A stretch of DNA of 64,000 nt, taken from positions 25,363 through 89,362 of the forward strand of contig CAVUWU010000004.1 in NCBI GenBank assembly GCA_963745245.1. Reading direction: 5' to 3'. Positions 28,711-37,103 of this stretch are shown here, one piece after another. The notes under the pieces are model-generated. The model searched no databases and was not told where the DNA came from. It saw only the letters and a list, made by a program, of their open reading frames with translations. The translations under genes and the position numbers were made by a program. Numbering within the stretch: the first letter of the stretch is position 1; every line of letters starts with the position of its first letter. This DNA comes from an uncultured Actinomycetota bacterium. GTDB lineage: Bacteria > Actinomycetota > Actinomycetes > Propionibacteriales > Nocardioidaceae.

Positions 28711-29598
28711 ATGGAGCACGGGCGGGGGGTCGAGCGAACGTCGCTGGACGTGGGGGAGGTGGTGCTCGACGCGTCCCTCGCCGGAGACCCGGAGGCTCCG
28801 CCGGTCGTGCTGCTGCACGGTTTTCCCGAGACGTCGGCGCAGTGGCGTCCGGTCACGCCGCTGCTCACTCGAGCCGGCTTCCGCGTCGTGGCCCCCGACC
28901 AGCGCGGCTACTCAGCCGGAGCGCGGCCGCCGGGCACCGCTCCCTACCGGCTGGACCGCCTGGTGGCCGACGTCTTGGGGATGCTCGATGCGCTCGGGCT
29001 GGACTCGGCCCACCTCGTCGGCCACGACTGGGGGTCGGTGGTGGCGTGGTGCACCGCCGCCCGGCACCCCGAGCGGGTCCGCACCCTGACCGCCGTCTCC
29101 GTGCCACACCCCCGCGCCTTCGCCTGGGCTCGGCGCACCGACCCCGACCAGCAGCGCCGGTCCTCCTACATCGACCTCATCGCCCAGCGTGGCAAGGCAG
29201 AGCGGGTGCTGCTCGCGGACGGCGCCCGGCGGCTGCGGGCGATATACGGCCCAGCCGTGCCCAGGGACCTCGTCGAGCACCACGTCGCGGTGCTCGGGCA
29301 GCCTGAGGCGCTGACGGCGGCGATGGCCTGGTACCGCGCCACCCCGCTCGCGGCCTACGAGGAAGTGCCCGACGTGTCCGTGCCGACGACGTACGTGTGG
29401 GGCACCGACGACGTCGGGCTGGGGCGCGCCGGTGCCGAGCGATGCCGCGACCACGTCGTGGGGGACTACCGCTTCGTGGAGCTCGAGGGGGTGGGGCACT
29501 GGGTTCCCGAAGAGCAGCCGGAGCGGCTCGCGGAGGAGATCCTCCGCAGGGCGGAGGCCGGGGAGAACGACTCAGGCCTCGGCGAGGCCCCCGGCTGA
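28711..29598 (+). CDS. alpha/beta hydrolase, epoxide-hydrolase/dehalogenase-like
   Basis: HGFPET oxyanion motif and Asp-nucleophile elbow VGHDWGS. The 3' end overlaps the convergent WS/DGAT gene by 27 nt. Confidence 0.85.
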   Translation: MEHGRGVERTSLDVGEVVLDASLAGDPEAPPVVLLHGFPETSAQWRPVTPLLTRAGFRVVAPDQRGYSAGARPPGTAPYRLDRLVADVLGMLDALGLDSAHLVGHDWGSVVAWCTAARHPERVRTLTAVSVPHPRAFAWARRTDPDQQRRSSYIDLIAQRGKAERVLLADGARRLRAIYGPAVPRDLVEHHVAVLGQPEALTAAMAWYRATPLAAYEEVPDVSVPTTYVWGTDDVGLGRAGAERCRDHVVGDYRFVELEGVGHWVPEEQPERLAEEILRRAEAGENDSGLGEAPG

Positions 29599-31095
29599 GG
29601 CAAGCTCCAGCAGCTCTCGAAGGGCTTCGCGGAGATGGTCGACGAGGATCCAGACGTCGGGAACGAGCTCGCGACAGGCCATCAGGCCCACGTCGAGCCT
29701 GTCGAGGTAGCTCTGCACGGTGATGTTGAGTCCGACGCCATCGCCCACGATGGAGACGGGGTAGTTGGCGACGACCCTGGCCCCGGCGTAGTACAGCTCC
29801 TGCCGAGGACCCGGGACGTTGGAGATCGTGACGTTGAACGGCGGGTTCAAGTGGTCGGCCACCCGCAGGCCCGAGAGCGTCCGGGCGACGAGCTCGGTGG
29901 CCAGCGGCGTACTGAAGCGGCTGAGATCCTGGACGAGGTGCACAGGCAGCAGTCGATGCTCCTCCTTGGCCTCCGCCATGGCCTGGTGTGCGGCGGCGAG
30001 GCGCTCGGCAGGGGTCTCCAGGTGGGTCGGGATGGGCACGATGACCATCGAGACCTCGTTGCCCGCCGCCGTCGACGCCGCGTCGGTGCGCACCGACACC
30101 GGGACCATGGCGAGCAGCGGGTCGGCGGGCAACTCGTCGTGGTCCAGGAGCCAGCGCCGCAACGCCGAGGCGCACACGGTGAGGACCACGTCGTTGAGCG
30201 TGACGCCTGTAGCGTTCTTGACCGCCTTGAGTTCGTCGAGGGACAGCGAGGCGAAGGCCCACCGCCGGTGCGCACTCACCGTCCGGTTGAACGACGTGCG
30301 GGGTGCCAGGGTCCGGATCCGCGGGTGCACGACGGCGTGCGTCACGCCCTTGAGCCGGGGAAGGATCTCCCTCCGCCCCTCCGCCGAGGTCAAGAGCCTG
30401 GCCTGCAGCCGGAGCAGCTGTCCGGGCCGGGCGAGCAGCCCGCGCGCGCCCCGCGTCAGCATCGCCATCCGGCCCGGGACCTGCTCGAGCGCCACCTGGC
30501 TGTCGGCGTGCACGATCGTCGACGGGGTCGGGTGCTGCACCGGGTTCTGGGCTGGGTCCTGGGCTGGGTCCTGGGCCGGGGGGAGTCCGCCACCGTCGGG
30601 AGTGGTCTCGAGGAAGGCTGCGAGGATCTGCATCGCCGCAGCGCCGTCGACGGCCGCGTGGTGGAGCTTGGTGAGGATGCCGACGTGGCCGTCGGGAAGT
30701 CCGTGGATGAGGTACATCTCCCACAGCGGGCGACGACGGTCGAGCCGCCGCTCGGCGATCCGCGCCACCTGGTCGGAGAGCTGTTGGTCGTTGCCGGGAG
30801 CCGCGAGCGCGATCTCGCGGACGTGGTAGTCGAGGTCGACGTCAGGGTCGTCTGCCCAGGACGGCAGGTCGATGCCTAGGGGCACTTCGACCAGCCGCCA
30901 GCGCAGCGGAGGCAGCAGCGGGAGACGCTGCCGCACGTGCTCGCGGAGCACGTCGAGGGTGAAGGGCTCGTCTCGTGTGCTGGGGTCGAGGACGAGCAGG
31001 CCGGTGACGTGACCTTGCATGCGGTCGTTCTCGCTATACAGGAACGCCGCATCCAGCCCGGTCAGTTGTTGCACGATCAGTGACAATACCTGCAT
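29572..31095 (-). CDS. wax ester synthase / diacylglycerol acyltransferase (WS/DGAT) family O-acyltransferase
   Basis: Lies in ORF 29572..31314(-). QQLTGLDAAFLY N-terminus, HHAAVDGAAAM active-site motif, NVPGP near the C-terminus. Start ATG 31095 (AGGTG upstream) or GTG 31074. Confidence 0.85.
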   Translation of the reverse strand: MQVLSLIVQQLTGLDAAFLYSENDRMQGHVTGLLVLDPSTRDEPFTLDVLREHVRQRLPLLPPLRWRLVEVPLGIDLPSWADDPDVDLDYHVREIALAAPGNDQQLSDQVARIAERRLDRRRPLWEMYLIHGLPDGHVGILTKLHHAAVDGAAAMQILAAFLETTPDGGGLPPAQDPAQDPAQNPVQHPTPSTIVHADSQVALEQVPGRMAMLTRGARGLLARPGQLLRLQARLLTSAEGRREILPRLKGVTHAVVHPRIRTLAPRTSFNRTVSAHRRWAFASLSLDELKAVKNATGVTLNDVVLTVCASALRRWLLDHDELPADPLLAMVPVSVRTDAASTAAGNEVSMVIVPIPTHLETPAERLAAAHQAMAEAKEEHRLLPVHLVQDLSRFSTPLATELVARTLSGLRVADHLNPPFNVTISNVPGPRQELYYAGARVVANYPVSIVGDGVGLNITVQSYLDRLDVGLMACRELVPDVWILVDHLREALRELLELASAGGLAEA

Positions 31096-31141
31096 GCCGA
31101 CACCTAGGGATTCACGAGCCCCCTCTCGCGACGACCAGCCG

Positions 31142-31297
31142 ATGACCGAGCCGATGACGAGCCCGATGACTGGCCCGATGACTGGCCCGATGACTGGCCC
31201 GATGACTGGCCCGATGACTGGCCCGATGACTGGCCCGATGACTGGGACGACGACTGGGACCGTGACTGGCCCGATGACTGGGACCGTGACTGGGACG
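31142..31297. repeat. 12-bp tandem array, 13 units (six perfect ATGACTGGCCCG copies at 31166..31237 plus degenerate flanking units)
   Basis: Read directly. In the hydrolase frame it encodes MTEP-MTSP-(MTGP)x6-MTGT-TTGT-VTGP-MTGT-VTGT. It lies between the divergent WS/DGAT start and the conserved core of the hydrolase. Confidence 0.95.
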
Positions 31298-32191
31298 GCT
31301 CGAGCCAACGGCATCGAGATCGCCTACGAGACCTTTGGCTCCCCCGAGGGTCGACCCCTGCTGCTGGTTATGGGCCTTGGAGTCCAGATGCTCAGCTGGC
31401 CCGAGGAGTTCTGCGCGATGCTCGCCGACCGGGGCCACTTCGTGGTGCGGTTCGACAACCGGGACGTCGGGCTGTCGACCCACCTCCACGACGCCCCGCG
31501 GCCGGACCTCCTCGCGGCGATGGCCGGCGACTCCTCGTCCGCGGCGTACACACTCGACGACATGGCCGACGACACCGTCGGACTGATGGACGCGCTCGAC
31601 GTCGCCTCGGCTCATCTCGTGGGTGCGTCCATGGGCGGGATGATCGCGCAGACCGTCGCGATCCGGCACCCTGAGCGCGTCCGCAGCCTCACCTCGGTGA
31701 TGTCGACCACCGGCGACCGTGCCGTGGGCGGCTCGACGCCGGAGGCGCAGGATGCGCTGCTGTCGCCGCCACCGAAGGACCGAGAGGACGCGGCGCGCCG
31801 GTCGATCGAGGCCTGGGAGGTGATCGGCTCCCCTGGCTATCCCCTCGACGCCGACGCGGTCGGGGACGTGGCCAGGCGATCCTTCGACCGGGGCTCGGAC
31901 CCGGCCGGGATGATGCGCCAGTTGGTCGCGATCCACGCCTCCGGCGACCGCACCGCGGGCCTGCGTTCGCTCGACGTGCCCGCCGTCGTGATCCACGGCG
32001 AGGCCGATCCGCTGATCGCGGTCAGCGGTGGTCGAGCCACGGCGGAGGCGATTCCTGGTGCCCGGTTGCTCACCCTCCCCGGCATGGGCCACGACCTTCC
32101 CGAGCCGTTGTGGGAGCCGATCGTCGAGGCGATCTGCGCCCTCACCGACCGCGTGGAACACGTGGGCGGCTCGCGCCCGACCGGCGATTGA
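31142..32191 (+). CDS. alpha/beta hydrolase (Ser nucleophile)
   Basis: ORF 31019..32191. Conserved core from NGIEIAYETFG...LLLVMGLG, nucleophile elbow GASMGG, C-terminal GMGHDLP. The start is uncertain: every in-frame ATG/GTG before the core lies within or upstream of the 12-bp array. 31142 is given as the first array ATG and 31286 is the last possible start. Confidence 0.75.
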   Translation: MTEPMTSPMTGPMTGPMTGPMTGPMTGPMTGPMTGTTTGTVTGPMTGTVTGTARANGIEIAYETFGSPEGRPLLLVMGLGVQMLSWPEEFCAMLADRGHFVVRFDNRDVGLSTHLHDAPRPDLLAAMAGDSSSAAYTLDDMADDTVGLMDALDVASAHLVGASMGGMIAQTVAIRHPERVRSLTSVMSTTGDRAVGGSTPEAQDALLSPPPKDREDAARRSIEAWEVIGSPGYPLDADAVGDVARRSFDRGSDPAGMMRQLVAIHASGDRTAGLRSLDVPAVVIHGEADPLIAVSGGRATAEAIPGARLLTLPGMGHDLPEPLWEPIVEAICALTDRVEHVGGSRPTGD

Positions 32192-32209
32192 AACCGACGT
32201 AGGGTTCAA
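32188..32209. promoter_or_regulatory. candidate operator, 22-bp near-palindrome TTGAAACCGACGTAGGGTTCAA
   Basis: 18 of 22 positions are self-complementary. Lies 63 nt upstream of the SDR start and overlaps the hydrolase stop. Shares the 10-mer GGGTTCAACT with the site at 33111. Confidence 0.35.
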
Positions 32210-32271
32210 CTAGCGTTTCCCCGCCGCGGGGCGACCTGGTTCCCGAGCTCCCTTCCCGCTCAGGAGGACCC

Positions 32272-33084
32272 ATGCAGGTGGACAGCAGGGTGGCCGTCGT
32301 CACCGGGGCGGCCGGAGGCATCGGCGCTGCGCTGGCCCGCGAGTTGCTGGCGCGCGGCGCCCGCGTGGCTATCTCCGATCTGGACGCCGTCAGACTCGAC
32401 AGCACCGCGGGGGCACTGCGCGCCGAGCACCCCGGCCGAGTGGTGGCCCTGGCGGGGGACGCCGGCGACTCGTCACATCTGCGCGCCCTGATCCACGCGA
32501 GCGAGGCCGAGCTCGGACCCGTCGCGCTGTTCTTCGCCAACGCCGGCGTCGAAGGCGGAGTCGGTCTCGAGGCGGACGAAGCCGCCTGGCGCCAGGCACT
32601 GGAGGTCAACGTGATGGCGCACGTGCGAGCGGCCCAGCTTCTGGTCCCGGCCTGGCTGGAGCGTGGCGAGGGCTACTTCGTCAGCACCGCCTCGGCAGCC
32701 GGCTTGCTCACCCAGGTCGGCTCGGCGACGTACTCGGTGTCCAAGCACGGCGCGGTGGCCTTCGCCGAGTGGCTCTCGGTGACCTACGGCTCTCGGGGAG
32801 TTCGGGTCAGCTGCCTGTGCCCGATGGGGGTCAACACCGCGATGCTCACCGAGGGCGTGGAGTCCGCCGACCCGGCGGCCCGGGCGGCGGCGATGGCGGT
32901 GATGCACTCCGGTGGCGTCCTGGAGCCGGCAGACGTGGCCCGCGTCGTGCTCGATGCGCTGAGGGAGGAGGAGTTCCTGATCCTCCCCCATGCTGAGGTC
33001 CTGGAGTTCTTCCGGCGCAAGGCGGCCGACTATGACCGCTGGCTGCACGGCATGCGCCGACTGCAGGAGAGCGTCTCCTCGTGA
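32272..33084 (+). CDS. SDR-family oxidoreductase
   Basis: VAVVTGAAGGIGAA, NAG, YSVSKHG. Confidence 0.9.
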   Translation: MQVDSRVAVVTGAAGGIGAALARELLARGARVAISDLDAVRLDSTAGALRAEHPGRVVALAGDAGDSSHLRALIHASEAELGPVALFFANAGVEGGVGLEADEAAWRQALEVNVMAHVRAAQLLVPAWLERGEGYFVSTASAAGLLTQVGSATYSVSKHGAVAFAEWLSVTYGSRGVRVSCLCPMGVNTAMLTEGVESADPAARAAAMAVMHSGGVLEPADVARVVLDALREEEFLILPHAEVLEFFRRKAADYDRWLHGMRRLQESVSS

Positions 33085-33110
33085 TCGGCACCGACGAGCA
33101 GGCCCCGGAC

Positions 33111-33132
33111 ACGAAGTTGAGGTCGGGTTCAA
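33111..33132. promoter_or_regulatory. candidate operator ACGAAGTTGAGGTCGGGTTCAA (related to 32188 site)
   Basis: 15/22 identical to the 32188 site when aligned on the shared GGGTTCAACT. Contains the inverted repeat AGTTGA..TCAACT. Lies 46 nt upstream of the ACAD GTG. Confidence 0.3.
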
Positions 33133-33177
33133 CTCCCCGGTAGTGTGCGCCGCGTCACCCACCGAGGGAGGAACCGC

Positions 33178-34401
33178 GTGTTCGAGCCGACCGACCGAGC
33201 CAGGGACTACCAGGAGCGGCTGCTGGCCTTCATGGCCGAGCGCGTCTACCCCGCGGAGCCGGTGTACGAGGAGCAGATGCGCGCGTCGGGAGACCCGCAC
33301 TTCCATCCGCCCGTGCTCGAGGAGCTGAAGGCGGAGGCTCGCCGCTGGGACCTGTGGAACCTGTTCCATCCCCATCCGGAGTGGGGCCCGGGCCTGAGCA
33401 ACCTCGAGTACGCGCCGTTGGCCGAGATCATGGGCCGCAGCCCACACCTCGCCCCCGAGGCCACCAACTGCAACGCCCCCGACACCGGCAACATGGAGGT
33501 GCTCACGCTCTTCGGCACCGAGGAGCACCAGGAGACCTGGCTCAAGCCCCTGCTCGAGGGCGAGATCGCCTCGGCCTTCGCGATGACCGAGCCGGCGGTG
33601 GCGAGCTCCGATGCGACCAACATCCAGCTGCGCATGCAGCGCGACGGCGACGACTACGTCCTGAACGGCCGCAAGTGGTGGACTTCCAACGCCTTGCACA
33701 AGAACTGCCGAGTGCTGATCGTGATGGGGAAGACCGACCCGGAGGGCCCCAAGCACCGGCAACAGAGCATGATGGTCGTCCCGCTCGACACCCCCGGGGT
33801 CACGGTCCTGCGCAACCTGCCCGTCTTCGGCTACCAGGACCGGGAAGGGCATGCCGAGGTGCTCTTCGAGAACGTGCGGGTCCCCCGCAGTGCCCTGCTC
33901 GCCGGTGAGGGCGACGGCTTCATGATCAGCCAGGCGCGGCTCGGCCCCGGCCGGATCCATCACTGCATGCGCTCGGTGGGGATGGCCGAGCGGGCGCTCG
34001 ACATGATGATCGACCGGGCCGCCGCGCGAACGACCTTCGGCCAGCCCATCGTCAGCCGGGCCAACATCCAGGACTGGATCGCCGAGGCCCGCATCGAGAT
34101 CGACATGGCGCGGCTGCTGACGCTCAAGGCGGCGTACCTCATGGACACCGTCGGCAACCGCAAGGCGCGCACCGAGATCGCCGCGATCAAGGTGGCCGCC
34201 CCGCAGGTTGCGCTCAAGGTCGTCGACCGCGCGATCCAGGTGCACGGCGGGGGAGGCGTCTCCGACGACTTCCCGCTTGCCAGCATGTACGCCCACCTGC
34301 GGACCCTGCGGCTGGCCGACGGTCCCGACGAGGTGCACAAACGCACGCTGGCGCTCTGGGAGGTCACCCGACGCGAGGCCGAGCGGGACGCCGCGGGATG
34401 A
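33178..34401 (+). CDS. acyl-CoA dehydrogenase, FadE2 / ACAD10-11 clade
   Basis: Lies in ORF 33145..34401. GTG 33178 follows GAGGGAGG. N-terminal ...LLAFMAERVYPAEPVYEEQ..., AFAMTEPAVASSDATNI, WWTSNA, IHHCMR, QVHGGGGVSDDFPLA. Confidence 0.85.
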   Translation: MFEPTDRARDYQERLLAFMAERVYPAEPVYEEQMRASGDPHFHPPVLEELKAEARRWDLWNLFHPHPEWGPGLSNLEYAPLAEIMGRSPHLAPEATNCNAPDTGNMEVLTLFGTEEHQETWLKPLLEGEIASAFAMTEPAVASSDATNIQLRMQRDGDDYVLNGRKWWTSNALHKNCRVLIVMGKTDPEGPKHRQQSMMVVPLDTPGVTVLRNLPVFGYQDREGHAEVLFENVRVPRSALLAGEGDGFMISQARLGPGRIHHCMRSVGMAERALDMMIDRAAARTTFGQPIVSRANIQDWIAEARIEIDMARLLTLKAAYLMDTVGNRKARTEIAAIKVAAPQVALKVVDRAIQVHGGGGVSDDFPLASMYAHLRTLRLADGPDEVHKRTLALWEVTRREAERDAAG

Positions 34402-35492
34402 CCGGGCCCGGCACCACCTCGGCCGGCGCCACCTCGGCCGGCGCCACCTCGGGCGGCACCGCCTCGCCCGGCGCCCTGGACCTGGCCTGCGTGGAGGTCT
34501 GGCTCGGGGAGCTCGACGGCCCGGTGCTCGGTCCGCTGGCTGCTGAGCGGGTCGGCCTGGGACAGTCGAACCTGACCTACCTGGTCACCGACCGGGCGCA
34601 GCGGCGCTGGATCGTGCGGCGTCCGCCCTTGGGAGTGCTGCTCCCGTCGGCGCACGACATGGCCCGCGAGCACCGCATCCTGTCCGCGCTGACCGACACC
34701 GACGTCCCCGCGCCGCAGGTCCATGGGCTCGTCAGCGACGGCGTCGATCACGTGATCATGGAGTACGTCCCCGGGCTCGTCATCGACACGATGGAGGTGG
34801 CCGCGGCCCAGCCGGACCGGGTGCGCGCGGCCCTAGGGCCCTCGCTGGCCCGCACGCTCGCCGCCATCCACGCCGTCGACCCAGATGCGGTGGGCTTGGC
34901 GGACCTGGCCAGTCGCCGCCCGTACGCCGAGCGCCAGCTCCACCGCTGGGCGCGGCAGCTCGACCACAGCCGCACCCGCGAGCTCCCACGGCTCGATGCG
35001 CTCACGGGAATGCTGCAGCGGCAGCTGCCCGAGCAGCGCGAGACCGTGCTCGTGCACGGTGACCTGCACCTGCGCAACGTGATCTGCTCCCCGCACACCG
35101 GCGAGGTCCGTGCCGCCCTGGACTGGGAGCTCGCCACACTGGGCGATCCGTGGGCCGACGTTGGCACGCTGCTGGCCTACTGGCCCGAGCCGGGGGAGGC
35201 GCCGGCGCAGCTCTTCGCGGCCTCCAGCCTGCCGGGCTTCTCCGGCCGCGACGAGCTCGTCGCGGCCTACGTCGAGGCCAGCGGGCGTGACCCCGGGCCA
35301 CTCGGCTTCTGGCACGTGCTGGGGGTGTGGAAGATCGCAGTCATCGCCGAGGGGGTCCGCCGCCGGGCACTCGACGAGCCGGCGAACGCCGCCGAGGGAG
35401 GGCCGCTGCCGGCGGCGTTCATCGACCACATGACCGACCGGGGGTGGGAGCTGGCCCGGCACTACGGTCTGGATGCGAGGAGGGGGTCGTGA
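34398..35492 (+). CDS. phosphotransferase-family (APH / ACAD10-11 kinase-domain-like) protein
   Basis: GQSNLTYLV nucleotide loop region, catalytic VLVHGDLHLRNVI, LDWELATLGDPWADV. ATGA overlap with the ACAD gene. Confidence 0.85.
   Translation: MTGPGTTSAGATSAGATSGGTASPGALDLACVEVWLGELDGPVLGPLAAERVGLGQSNLTYLVTDRAQRRWIVRRPPLGVLLPSAHDMAREHRILSALTDTDVPAPQVHGLVSDGVDHVIMEYVPGLVIDTMEVAAAQPDRVRAALGPSLARTLAAIHAVDPDAVGLADLASRRPYAERQLHRWARQLDHSRTRELPRLDALTGMLQRQLPEQRETVLVHGDLHLRNVICSPHTGEVRAALDWELATLGDPWADVGTLLAYWPEPGEAPAQLFAASSLPGFSGRDELVAAYVEASGRDPGPLGFWHVLGVWKIAVIAEGVRRRALDEPANAAEGGPLPAAFIDHMTDRGWELARHYGLDARRGS
34410..34469. repeat. 15-bp tandem repeat x4 (GGCRCCRCCTCGSSC) at the 5' end of the kinase gene
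   Basis: Read directly. Encodes GTTSA-GATSA-GATSG-GTASP. Confidence 0.85.
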
Positions 35493-36274
35493 GCACGCCG
35501 GAGAGCACCAGGGCCGGGACCGATACCGGCACCCGTCCGGGCACCCAGGCGGGCGCCCACGCCGTGGTCCAAGCCGAGGTTCGCTCACCCGACGGCGAGG
35601 ACATCCCCTCGCTCGCCGACACCTCTGGGCTGCGCGAGCCGCCCAGCACCCCGCGCGGAGTCCGGACCCGGGCGGCCCTCGTGGCCGCGGCCCGCGTGGT
35701 GTTCGAGCGCGACGGCTACCTGGATTCGCGGCTCACCGACATCACCGCCGAGGCGCACTGCTCCACCGGCACCTTCTACACCTACTTCTCCAGCAAGGAG
35801 GAGATCCTCCAGGCCGTGATCCAGGGCGCGCAGGACGACATGCTGCACCCAGGCATGCCCCGACTCGGCCCTGAGGACGCCTCGCCGGCTGCGGTGATCG
35901 GGGCCAGCAACCGCGCCTACTTCGAGGCCTACCGCCGCAACGCGCGGCTGATGGCCATCCTCGACCAGGTCGCCACCATCGACCCGAAGTTCCGTGAGCT
36001 GCGCCGCCGCCGCAGCCGTGCGTTCGCCGACCGCAACGCCCGCGCCGTACACGCCCTGCAGGAGCGGGGGGTGGCCGACCCCGAGCTCGACCCGGCGCTG
36101 GCTGCGCGCGCGCTGTCGGGCATGGTGAGCCGGATGGCTCACTACGCGTTCGTGCTGGAGGCCGACGTCGACCTCGACGGGCTCGTCGACACCTGCACCC
36201 GGTTGTGGGTCAACGCGCTCCGGCTGGCCCCCGAGGCGGGCGGCCTCTCGACCACCCAGGAGGACCTGCGATGA
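35489..36274 (+). CDS. TetR/AcrR-family transcriptional regulator
   Basis: Lies in ORF 35327..36274. GTG 35489 overlaps the kinase stop. HTH LTDITAEAHCSTGTFYTYFSSKEEIL after a low-complexity N-tail. Confidence 0.85.
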   Translation: MSTPESTRAGTDTGTRPGTQAGAHAVVQAEVRSPDGEDIPSLADTSGLREPPSTPRGVRTRAALVAAARVVFERDGYLDSRLTDITAEAHCSTGTFYTYFSSKEEILQAVIQGAQDDMLHPGMPRLGPEDASPAAVIGASNRAYFEAYRRNARLMAILDQVATIDPKFRELRRRRSRAFADRNARAVHALQERGVADPELDPALAARALSGMVSRMAHYAFVLEADVDLDGLVDTCTRLWVNALRLAPEAGGLSTTQEDLR

Positions 36275-37092
36275 CCACGACCGCGACCCCGAACCCGCCC
36301 GACGGGCCGCCGGTGCTGCACGAGCTCGACGACGACGGGGTGATGCTGCTCACCCTCAACCGGCCAGAGCGGCTCAATGCCTGGAACCGCGACCTGGAGG
36401 AGCTCTACTTCGACCTGCTCACCAGCGCCGACGCCGATCCGCGCGTCCGGGCGGTGGTGGTCACCGGGGCGGGGCGCGGCTTCTGCGCCGGGGCCGACAT
36501 GGCCGACCTCGCGCAGGTCCACGAGGCCACCGAGGAGGACCTCGGGCGTCCGCAGCACCTGCCGCTGTCCCTGCGCAAGCCGATGGTCGCGGCCGTCAAC
36601 GGGGCCGCCGCCGGGCTCGGGCTCGTGCACGCGCTGTACTGCGACGTGCGCCTCGCCGCTCCGGAGGCCAAGCTGCTCACCGCCTTCTCCCGGCGGGGCC
36701 TGATCGCCGAGTACGGCATCTCGTGGCTGCTGCCTCGCATCGTCGGCTCGTCCCGGGCCGCCGACCTGCTGCTGTCCGGCCGCACCGTGCCCGCCGAGGA
36801 GGCCGCGGCCATCGGGCTGGTGAACCGGGTCGCCGCCCCTGGCCGGGTGGTCGAGGAAGCCTGCGACTATGCCCGGATGCTGGCCACCGCCTGCTCTCCG
36901 GCGTCGATGGCGACCATCAAGCACCAGTTGCTCGTTGACGCCGACGCCTCGGTGGCCGAGGCCATCGCGCGGGCCGAGGGGTTGATGAGGGAGGCCTTCC
37001 GTGCGCCCGACGTCCGCGAGGGGGTCGCCAGCTACACCGAGCGACGCGCACCTCGGTTCGCGCCGCTGCCCGGGCCGCCGGGCGTCAGCTGA
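36271..37092 (+). CDS. enoyl-CoA hydratase/isomerase (crotonase) family protein
   Basis: Lies in ORF 36205..37092. ATG 36271 overlaps the TetR stop. LTLNRPERLNAW, VVTGAGRGFCAGADM, AAVNGAAAGLG. Confidence 0.9.
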   Translation: MTTTATPNPPDGPPVLHELDDDGVMLLTLNRPERLNAWNRDLEELYFDLLTSADADPRVRAVVVTGAGRGFCAGADMADLAQVHEATEEDLGRPQHLPLSLRKPMVAAVNGAAAGLGLVHALYCDVRLAAPEAKLLTAFSRRGLIAEYGISWLLPRIVGSSRAADLLLSGRTVPAEEAAAIGLVNRVAAPGRVVEEACDYARMLATACSPASMATIKHQLLVDADASVAEAIARAEGLMREAFRAPDVREGVASYTERRAPRFAPLPGPPGVS

Positions 37093-37103
37093 CCGAGGCT
37101 GCC

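Noticed and set aside
29572-29598. 27-nt 3'-3' overlap of the epoxide-hydrolase-like gene and WS/DGAT
   Set aside because: Convergent terminal overlaps are common in compact GC-rich genomes. There is no evidence of special function.
31019-31141. Upstream start codons for the hydrolase, including ATG 31094 in the palindrome GCATGC, which also provides the WS/DGAT ATG (31095) on the other strand
   Set aside because: Using these starts would make the two divergent genes overlap head-to-head with no room for promoters. The encoded residues (MRSFSLYRNAASS..., MPTPRDSRAPS...) show no hydrolase similarity. Kept only as an alternative.
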